A stretch of DNA of 64,000 nt from Bacteroidota bacterium (GTDB lineage Bacteria > Bacteroidota > Bacteroidia > UKL13-3). The position numbers and the translations under genes were made by a program. Within the stretch, counting starts at the first letter, position 1. Every line of letters begins with the position of its first letter. The notes beneath the pieces were generated by a model. The model did no database searches, was not told the DNA's origin, and saw only the letters and a list, made by a program, of their open reading frames with translations. The stretch lies in contig JANYDU010000027.1 in the NCBI GenBank assembly GCA_025359805.1, positions 33,744 through 97,743 of the forward strand. Direction: 5' to 3'. Of this stretch, positions 58,034 to 64,000 are shown in pieces.

Positions 58034-58987
58034 ATGAAAAAAATATTTAGAACAATCATGGTGCTTTCAGTAGCATCATTAGGGGTTTTATCTTCTTGTA
58101 AAAAAGATTCAACCACTTCAATTGCAGATCCAGTTACCGGAGTTATTTCTGTAACAGCTAAAAATACTACTTCGGGTATTCAAAGAACACTTGCAAGCGG
58201 AGGTTTAGTATATGCCGATGATTCGGTAGTTATCACAGTTACTTGTACAGGTAATAGTAGTAATGAGTTAAAAACAGTTACTTTAAAAAGTGATAACCCT
58301 GCTGCTACGCTCTTAAATGCTGTTGCAATTTCAGGAACTTCTGCTTCAAAATCTGCTGCTTGGATAGTAAACGGCTCTGGTAATGTAACTTTTACTTCAA
58401 CAGTAACTGGAGCAACAGGCGATCCTTCAACAAGTACATTTGTTGTAAAGATTACTTTAATCAGTTCATCAAATGCAACTTTAGGTAATCAGGCAAATAT
58501 TAACCCTAAGTTTTGGGCATCTTCAACTGGATTAACCTATTTTCTTAAAAATGTTTCTGATAGCCCTGCTCTTGCATCAAAAATGGATTTTGCTTATTGC
58601 TCACGTACAGCAGGTAATAAAATAATTAGTCCATCTTCTCAAGATGCGACAGACATTTATGCTACTCAATGGTCTGCTACTGCTGAAAAAATCACAACTT
58701 GGAATCATAGAAATGTTACTGTATTTAAATTGGTTACCAACATCACTCAAACAGATGTTCAAAATGCAAATGGAAATCCTGCACTTATTTCTGATTTAAT
58801 TGCTAAAGCATTAACAGGTGGAGAACCAACTGCTGATAATGTTTCAGTTCTTATAAGCCAAATATATGTATTTAAAACAGAAGCCGGTAAATACGGAATT
58901 ATAAGTATTAATAATGCTAGTGGTGGTGTAAATGGAGGAACTGCTACTGATGGATATGCAGATTTAGTTGTGATGTATCAAAAATAA
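58034..58987 (+). CDS. Lipoprotein of unknown function
   Basis: Lipobox ..GVLSSCKKD. The protein is S/T/A-rich and I recognise no domain. Confidence 0.75.
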   Translation: MKKIFRTIMVLSVASLGVLSSCKKDSTTSIADPVTGVISVTAKNTTSGIQRTLASGGLVYADDSVVITVTCTGNSSNELKTVTLKSDNPAATLLNAVAISGTSASKSAAWIVNGSGNVTFTSTVTGATGDPSTSTFVVKITLISSSNATLGNQANINPKFWASSTGLTYFLKNVSDSPALASKMDFAYCSRTAGNKIISPSSQDATDIYATQWSATAEKITTWNHRNVTVFKLVTNITQTDVQNANGNPALISDLIAKALTGGEPTADNVSVLISQIYVFKTEAGKYGIISINNASGGVNGGTATDGYADLVVMYQK

Positions 58988-59012
58988 TTAATTGTAAAAT
59001 TTAAAATAGTGA

Positions 59013-59046
59013 AAGTCCTCTGAAGAAATTTAGAGGACTTTTTTTT
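59013..59046 (+). terminator. Rho-independent terminator
   Basis: AAGTCCTCT / AGAGGACTT stem, 10-nt loop, then a T-run. Confidence 0.85.
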
Positions 59047-59111
59047 GTGCAAAAAATTAATATTTATTTAAAGTGCTATGAAAAATTATACCCAAATTAA
59101 ACTGACGCAAC

Positions 59112-59387
59112 ATGATTCAATTTGAAACAAATAGCTCACCTTTTTTTATTGCAAATAAAAACTATTGTGAAAAAATTGAGGCCAATCTTAATGCAATAAA
59201 TTTAAACTGTTCGGGTTTTTGCAATAGTTACGGTTACGAAATTGAAACCACTTTTGTTAGACAAAATATCACTTACAATTTTATAAACCATCAAACTACA
59301 CAAAATGTAATTGTAATTCCCATGAATGCAAATGAGTCGTTTATTACAATACTCATCATAAAGGGGATGAATAAAAAGCATTGGTAA
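59112..59387 (+). CDS. Hypothetical protein. Coding status is uncertain.
   Basis: 91-aa ORF in an AT-rich region. It competes with an antisense 134-aa ORF, and I recognise no motif. Confidence 0.3.
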   Translation: MIQFETNSSPFFIANKNYCEKIEANLNAINLNCSGFCNSYGYEIETTFVRQNITYNFINHQTTQNVIVIPMNANESFITILIIKGMNKKHW

Positions 59388-59421
59388 ATCCAAAATTAAA
59401 AGATTCTTTAATTCAAGATAC

Positions 59422-59634
59422 ATGAAATCTAAAATTGCAAAACCGTATTTTATCACTTTCAACCATTTACCTAAACACAACTTTTTAGATAATTTATTTA
59501 AAGTTATTGATGAGTATAAAATAGTGAAATATAAATTAAATAAAGGAACACTTGTTTGCAAAATGAATGCAGCAATATTAAATTCGATGGAATTAATTTC
59601 AAGCATCGAAAAGATATTAGTAGATTGGAAATAA
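59422..59634 (+). CDS. Hypothetical protein. Coding status is uncertain.
   Basis: 70-aa ORF 34 nt after the previous + ORF. Its composition looks more protein-like than the antisense ORF. Confidence 0.35.
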   Translation: MKSKIAKPYFITFNHLPKHNFLDNLFKVIDEYKIVKYKLNKGTLVCKMNAAILNSMELISSIEKILVDWK

Positions 59635-59720
59635 ATTGTATTGTGTATGGGCTATTAATTAATATAATTTTCAAAAAACTCGACTAATATTGCAAATCAA
59701 AAAAGTAAATTACATTAATA

Positions 59721-60170
59721 ATGAAAACATTATACGACAACTCATCACTTCAAGAAATGAAGAACCGAATTGAAAAACTTACTCCTGAAATGACACCCAC
59801 TTGGGGCAAAATGAATCCTGCTCAAATGATGGAACATTGCTCACGTGCTCTTGATTTTTCGACAGGTAAGGATAACCCTCCACGGTTATTTATTGGGTAT
59901 ATATTGGGACCTATTTTTAAATCTCAATATTATAATGATAAACCTTGGTCAAAAAATTCGCCAACGGCTCCAAACTATATAGTTACAGATCAACAAGATT
60001 TTGATAAAACAAAAAATAGACTGCTTGGATTGATTAAAGAATTTAGTGATGGGGGAGAGTCAAAATGCACAACACACCCAAGTCCTTTTTTTGGAAAGTT
60101 AACTCCCCAACAACATGGTTTAGGGCAATACAAACATTTAGATCATCACTTGCAACAATTTGGTGTTTAA
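59721..60170 (+). CDS. DUF1569 / DinB-superfamily protein
   Basis: 149 aa with His-containing motifs ([22 protein letters not shown]) typical of the DinB-like four-helix fold. Confidence 0.75.
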   Translation: MKTLYDNSSLQEMKNRIEKLTPEMTPTWGKMNPAQMMEHCSRALDFSTGKDNPPRLFIGYILGPIFKSQYYNDKPWSKNSPTAPNYIVTDQQDFDKTKNRLLGLIKEFSDGGESKCTTHPSPFFGKLTPQQHGLGQYKHLDHHLQQFGV

Positions 60171-60172
60171 TT

Positions 60173-61072
60173 ATGCAATTACTAAACGGTAACGAAGTAG
60201 CGAAAACTCTTAAGGCAAACATAAAACTTGAGGTTGAACAATTAAAAATTGCAGGCAAAAAAGTGCCACACTTAGCAGCAATACTTGTTGGTGTTGATGG
60301 TGCTAGTATGACTTATGTAAATGCAAAAGAAAAAGATTGTAGGGAAGTTGGTTTTGACTCAACTATATTGCGTTTTGATATGTCCATTACAGAGGAAGAA
60401 TTATTAAAAGAAGTAGAGAAAATAAATAACGATACCAATATTGATGGATTAATTGTACAGTTACCATTGCCTAAACATATTTCAGAGAAAAAGGTTACTG
60501 AAACTATTAGCTATAAAAAAGATGTGGATGGATTTCATCCTATGAATGTGGGATTGATGTTTAAAGGATTGCCTTGTTTTTTACCCGCAACACCATTTGG
60601 AATTATAAAATTATTAGAACATTATAATATCGAAACTTCAGGTAAAAACTGTGTGGTTATTGGTAGAAGTGATATAGTTGGAAAACCAATGGGGGCATTA
60701 ATGCTTCAAAAAAATTGTACGGTTACGGTTTGTCACAGCAAAACTAAAGACCTCAATTCATTTACACAAAAAGCGGATATTGTTATTGCAGCATTAGGTA
60801 TTCCTGAATTTTTAAAAGCCGATATGATTAAAGAAGGAGCTGTTGTAATTGATGTTGGAATTACTCGTGTTGATGATACAACAAGTGTAAAAGGATATGT
60901 TTTAAAGGGAGATGTAAAATTTGATGAAGTTTCACAAAAAGCAAGTTGGATAACACCTGTACCTGGTGGAGTTGGCCCAATGACAAGAATTGGTTTGATG
61001 CTCAATACACTTGAGGCCGTTAAAATGAAAACCATACTCAACCCAATGGTCGATAGGTCCATAGTTAAATAA
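60173..61072 (+). CDS. folD: Bifunctional methylenetetrahydrofolate dehydrogenase/cyclohydrolase FolD
   Basis: From ATG 60173 ([13 protein letters not shown]). Contains [38 protein letters not shown] and [10 protein letters not shown]. Confidence 0.93.
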   Translation: MQLLNGNEVAKTLKANIKLEVEQLKIAGKKVPHLAAILVGVDGASMTYVNAKEKDCREVGFDSTILRFDMSITEEELLKEVEKINNDTNIDGLIVQLPLPKHISEKKVTETISYKKDVDGFHPMNVGLMFKGLPCFLPATPFGIIKLLEHYNIETSGKNCVVIGRSDIVGKPMGALMLQKNCTVTVCHSKTKDLNSFTQKADIVIAALGIPEFLKADMIKEGAVVIDVGITRVDDTTSVKGYVLKGDVKFDEVSQKASWITPVPGGVGPMTRIGLMLNTLEAVKMKTILNPMVDRSIVK

Positions 61073-61152
61073 AATATATACCAACATATAATCACTAAGT
61101 ATCAAAATTGAATAACTCACCAATTCACCAACTCACTGTCTCGCTTCCCGTA

Positions 61153-61734
61153 ATGGAACATTTTAATACCATTCAAGGTGAAGGATATTATCAAGGTAAT
61201 GCTGCATATTTTATAAGGCTTGGAGGATGTGATGTTGGTTGTGTTTGGTGTGATGTAAAAGATAGTTGGGATGCATCAAAACATCCGCAATTGAGTATTG
61301 ATGAAATTGTAAAATATGTTACCGATGCAAAAGCTAATTTGGCGGTGATAACAGGTGGCGAACCATTAATGCACAATTTAAACGAATTAACAAATGCATT
61401 GCATCAAAAAAATATTCAAACGAATATCGAAACATCTGGTGCATATTCATTAAGCGGAGAGTTAGATTGGATTTGTGTATCGCCAAAAAAATTTAGAGCT
61501 CCGTTACCAGAAGTTCTTCAAAAAGCAAACGAGTTAAAGGTTGTAATTTTTAATTATTCAGATTTTAAATGGGCCGAGCAACACGCTGAACAAGTTGCTG
61601 CCGATTGCAAATTATACCTACAACCCGAGTGGGATAAATCTTCAGAAATGCTTCCGTTAATTATTGATTTTGTGAAGCAGAATCCCAAGTGGCGAATATC
61701 ATTGCAGGTTCATAAGTACATGAATATTCCATAG
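61153..61734 (+). CDS. queE: 7-carboxy-7-deazaguanine synthase QueE (radical SAM)
   Basis: MEHFNTIQGEG start and a CxxxCxxC cluster motif (GGCDVGCVWCD). Also ITGGEPL. Confidence 0.85.
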   Translation: MEHFNTIQGEGYYQGNAAYFIRLGGCDVGCVWCDVKDSWDASKHPQLSIDEIVKYVTDAKANLAVITGGEPLMHNLNELTNALHQKNIQTNIETSGAYSLSGELDWICVSPKKFRAPLPEVLQKANELKVVIFNYSDFKWAEQHAEQVAADCKLYLQPEWDKSSEMLPLIIDFVKQNPKWRISLQVHKYMNIP

Positions 61735-61897
61735 GAAGCACAAACATTCTCTCTATTAAATTATTAAATTTATATTCCTATAATTAATATTATGTTAAGT
61801 TTATTGGTAATTACATACTTGACAGACCCAAAGAAAAGTAACTTAGTTTAAGATTTACCAGTATTAATACTACCTTAGTATCTTAATTCATAACCAA

Positions 61898-62065
61898 ATG
61901 ACAAAAGTAGCAGCATTTCACAGCACTCGTGTAGGTGAAAAGGTACACCACAACAATAATAAGTGTACCGAAGGCAACAACATTGAGAAAAAATATTGGA
62001 AAGAAGGAACTGGCGGACTTCCATTATGTTCTCATTGCTCTAAACTAAACTCGGAAGGAAAATAG
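61898..62065 (+). CDS. Unannotated 55-aa Cys/His-rich small protein (below the ORF-track cutoff)
   Basis: My translation is MTKVAAFHSTRVGEKVHHNNNKCTEGNNIEKKYWKEGTGGLPLCSHCSKLNSEGK. The HH..C and C-x2-C spacing suggests a zinc knuckle. Confidence 0.5.
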   Translation: MTKVAAFHSTRVGEKVHHNNNKCTEGNNIEKKYWKEGTGGLPLCSHCSKLNSEGK

Positions 62066-62387
62066 TTCCTGTCTGTGAGTTTATAGAAAACACTATTTCG
62101 TTAAAAGGTTTATCCCAATATACTTTATTCCGTAATAGTGTTTTTTTATTTGTTGTATCTATATCTACTTTCCTGAAAACACGCTTGGTTTCATATACAC
62201 ACAACCCATGAGCCTGTAATAATTCAAAAGCCCTTATACAATCAAATTCACTTCCAAAAAACCGAATTGTAGGTTCGCTGAAACAATGACCCTCTCCACC
62301 TTGACAGGATTCAAACGTTTCAAAGCCATGCTTATTTAAAATTTGGACAGGGATTCTTATACGTTCATCTACAAATTGATAATCCAT
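62040..62387 (-). CDS. Hypothetical protein
   Basis: ORF from ATG 62387 (MDYQFVDERIRIP..), with a possible GTG start at 62414. Contains ESCQGGEGHC. I recognise no family. Confidence 0.5.
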   Translation of the reverse strand: MDYQFVDERIRIPVQILNKHGFETFESCQGGEGHCFSEPTIRFFGSEFDCIRAFELLQAHGLCVYETKRVFRKVDIDTTNKKTLLRNKVYWDKPFNEIVFSINSQTGTIFLPSLV

Positions 62388-62520
62388 TTTTTTTTGAAAT
62401 GTTAAAGGTGTCACGCAGAATTTTTAGTTGTTTTTAATATTTCAAAGTTAGTTTAAAAAATATTTTTTGTAACTTTCTGATATTCAATATCAATTTCTTT
62501 TAAAAAATGACAAAAGAAAT

Positions 62521-62552
62521 TTTGTTTATGTGTTTGCAATGTCATACATTTG
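62521..62552 (+). promoter_or_regulatory. Bacteroidota-type promoter (TTTG, 20-nt spacer, TACATTTG) driving the RHH-transposase pair
   Basis: TTTG at 62521-62524 and TACATTTG at 62545-62552. The ATG at 62582 lies 30 nt downstream. Confidence 0.55.
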
Positions 62553-62581
62553 TGCAACAAATAAATACATTGTAAACTTTT

Positions 62582-62746
62582 ATGGAAAAATCAGTAGTAA
62601 AAAACGACCTTATTTCAATCAGGATTGATTCAAAAACAAAGCAAACTTTAACCAAAATTGCAAAGGGTCAAGGCAGAAGTTTAAGCAATTTCATGCAACA
62701 AGTAGCACTTAACATTGCTAACAATAAAATTAAACTTCCTTTTTAG
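62582..62746 (+). CDS. Ribbon-helix-helix (CopG/Arc-type) DNA-binding protein, 54 aa (below the ORF-track cutoff)
   Basis: My translation is MEKSVVKNDLISIRIDSKTKQTLTKIAKGQGRSLSNFMQQVALNIANNKIKLPF. It reads as beta-strand ISIRID, helix, G-x-S turn, helix. The stop lies 2 nt before the transposase ATG. Confidence 0.65.
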   Translation: MEKSVVKNDLISIRIDSKTKQTLTKIAKGQGRSLSNFMQQVALNIANNKIKLPF

Positions 62747-62748
62747 TT

Positions 62749-63678
62749 ATGAAACCAATAGAAGATTTCGACACATTAATTGACCTACTTCTTACTTACA
62801 ACACAGAAGAAAAATGCAGTCAATACATTGCATTTAAGCGTTGGGGCGAAAAGCCTGTTTGTCCTCATTGCGATAAAGATGAAAAGGTGTATAGATTTAG
62901 TGATAACATTTATTTCAAATGCGGAGTTTGCAGAAAGAAGTTTACAGTACGTGTAGGAACTATCTTTCAGGATAGTAAAATTCCACTTACTAAATGGTTT
63001 GCTGCTATTTATCTATTTGCTTGTCGCTCTAAAGGTGTAAGTTCAAATCAACTTGCCAAAGACATTAAAATAACTCAAAAAAGTGCATGGCACATGCTGC
63101 ACCGTTTACGTTTCAGTATGGCTCACCCTAAATATGATGAACCTCTTTCAGGCATTGTCGAAGTTGACGAAACTTATGTTGGTGGCTTGGATAAAAATAA
63201 ACACCAACAAAACAAAACTGGCAAGCAAGGTAGAGGAACAGTCAAATCTCCTGTGTTGGCAATGGTTCAACGTGGTGGAAAAGTTAAAACTGTTCAATTA
63301 GACAATGTGAAAGCTCATGCTCTTACGACAGTTGTATTTAATGGAGTTATGGCTAATTCTCGTGTAATTACAGATAGTTTTAACGCATATTGGATGTTGA
63401 GAGCTAAATTTAAACATGAAACCGTGAACCATAGCAAAAATGAATTTGTCCGTGGCGATGTACATACAAATAGTGTGGAAGGCTATTTTTCTATTTTGAA
63501 GAGAAACATATACGGTATTTACCATTTTGCAAGTAAGAAACATTTAACGCCATATCTCGAAGAGGTGGCATATCGTTTTAATAACCGACAATTGACAAAA
63601 TCTGAACGTTTCAATATGCTTATAAATCAATCAGATGCTGGTATACTGACCTATTCTGAACTCACAGGTGTAAAATAA
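62749..63678 (+). CDS. IS1595-family (ISXO2-like) DDE transposase with N-terminal zinc ribbon
   Basis: Zinc ribbon CPHC..CGVC and catalytic region motifs VEVDETYVGG, VITDSFNAYW and HTNSVEGYFSILKR. Confidence 0.88.
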   Translation: MKPIEDFDTLIDLLLTYNTEEKCSQYIAFKRWGEKPVCPHCDKDEKVYRFSDNIYFKCGVCRKKFTVRVGTIFQDSKIPLTKWFAAIYLFACRSKGVSSNQLAKDIKITQKSAWHMLHRLRFSMAHPKYDEPLSGIVEVDETYVGGLDKNKHQQNKTGKQGRGTVKSPVLAMVQRGGKVKTVQLDNVKAHALTTVVFNGVMANSRVITDSFNAYWMLRAKFKHETVNHSKNEFVRGDVHTNSVEGYFSILKRNIYGIYHFASKKHLTPYLEEVAYRFNNRQLTKSERFNMLINQSDAGILTYSELTGVK

Positions 63679-63718
63679 ATTATCTTAATAATACTGACGT
63701 AACCTTTCAGGCGTTAAA

Positions 63719-63814
63719 TTTGCATATGCAAAAAAAAATAGTCAAATGTAGTTGACTATTGAAAAACGTTTTGCATATTGCAAAAGGATTTGCATCATCT
63801 TCTCCTTTTGCAAA
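63719..63814 (+). promoter_or_regulatory. Cluster of TTTGCA-based palindromes and half-sites upstream of the last ORF
   Basis: TTTGCATATGCAAA (63719-63732), TTTTGCA-tat-TGCAAAA (63769-63785), and further TTTGCA copies at 63789 and 63807. A TAGTCAA/TTGACTA hairpin lies at 63739-63758. Confidence 0.5.
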
Positions 63815-63848
63815 CTCTTTTTGACCATAAATTGTTTGTTACTTACAC

Positions 63849-64000
63849 ATGGATGAACTAACCAATATTGCTTCGATTGAACTTACACGCACTGCTGAAA
63901 AATCAGTGCTAAATGTTCTTATGCCCGTTTGGACTACCATAGAGGATGATTGTTCTATTCGGGTGGATATGCCTATGTTTGAAATGAGTATATTCGTTTC
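63849..64000 (+). CDS. Partial ORF running off the window (hypothetical)
   Basis: ATG at 63849 and open for 50 codons (MDELTNIASIELTRTAEKSVLNVLMPVWTT..). I recognise no family. Confidence 0.3.
   Translation, partial: MDELTNIASIELTRTAEKSVLNVLMPVWTTIEDDCSIRVDMPMFEMSIFV

Larger units (their letters stand above)
62404..63709 (+). mobile_element. IS1595-family insertion sequence carrying the RHH gene. Boundaries are tentative.
   Basis: The candidate imperfect terminal IRs are AAAGGTGTCACGCAG (62404-62418) and CTGACGTAACCTTT (63694-63707). They match only with gaps, and I found no target-site duplication. Confidence 0.45.

Noticed and set aside
59202-59606. 134-aa minus-strand ORF in the AT-rich gap
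   Set aside because: It overlaps both + strand ORFs. Its L/I/F/N/K/Y-dominated translation looks like a typical AT-rich antisense frame. I kept it only as an alternative in the finding, not as a feature.
61073-61152. A preQ1 riboswitch upstream of queE, and Fe-S or other riboswitch-like leaders upstream of sufB (3377-3465)
   Set aside because: I could not find the conserved preQ1 stem-loop/A-rich tail pattern or any other recognisable riboswitch core. The regions look like plain AT-rich promoter or leader DNA.
62388-63760. Alternative IS boundaries using the TTTGCA-containing sequences (about 62535 and 63735), and any 8-bp target-site duplication
   Set aside because: The two candidate end pairs align only with several mismatches or gaps. 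I could not find matching flanking direct repeats for either, so the boundaries are left tentative.
1-64000. tRNA, rRNA, tmRNA, kdpFABC, carbonic anhydrase, and prophage or defence-system genes
   Set aside because: I read all intergenic gaps longer than 100 nt and all ORF translations and found none. No T-loop GTTCGAATC-type sequence occurs in a tRNA-like context. No restriction, Cas, Abi, toxin-nuclease or phage structural motifs were recognised.

Overview
AT-rich chromosomal segment, most likely from a Bacteroidota genome. The taxon call rests on several proteins with T9SS C-terminal sorting domains, TAnnTTTG-type -7 promoter boxes, no Shine-Dalgarno sequences, and DUF1573, DUF3276 and S46-peptidase genes. 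About 60 protein-coding genes are supported. I recognised no rRNA, tRNA or CRISPR array.

Gene content from left to right:
- A truncated T9SS surface protein.
- A complete sufBCDSE plus DUF59 Fe-S assembly operon.
- A DUF3300-like low-complexity protein, mltG, an MFS transporter and a thiolase.
- A tightly coupled operon: MBOAT, membrane-anchored partner, class-IV aminotransferase.
- An S46 dipeptidyl-peptidase.
- An ECF sigma factor, an M20 amidohydrolase and a T9SS propeller protein.
- An outer-membrane cluster: a POTRA-less Omp85-like gene and two tandem PD40-OmpA paralogs.
- rsmG, glycosyltransferases, dapD and a GNAT-nitrilase fusion.
- A KdpD(C-terminal half)/KdpE pair plus a porin, with no kdpFABC.
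- dabA-dabB plus a SulP transporter plus an orphan OmpR-type regulator.
- The nusB-DUF1573-yajC-coaE operon, Leu/Val dehydrogenase, an ABC exporter, folD and queE.
- A small accessory islet at the 3' end: an unannotated Cys/His mini-protein, a hypothetical gene, and a ribbon-helix-helix gene coupled to an IS1595-family transposase.

Most interesting observations, all read directly from the sequence:
1. The dabA and sulP promoters carry the same three-box, 11-bp-phased ATTAAA array. In both it ends 38-39 nt upstream of an identical TACATTTG -7 box, and an orphan OmpR-family regulator sits next door. This suggests a dedicated inorganic-carbon-uptake regulon.
2. Two TTTATA-N5-TTTATA boxes (the KdpE 6-5-6 architecture) precede a porin gene and the kdpD/E-like operon itself, although no K+ pump is present.
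3. A family of intercistronic spacers is built from tandem degenerate 7-8-mers. Some form strand-specific hairpins that abut start codons.
4. A 25-bp inverted-repeat element exactly fills the gap between two convergent stop codons.

Functional interpretations are inference. No database search, RNA folding or statistics could be run.
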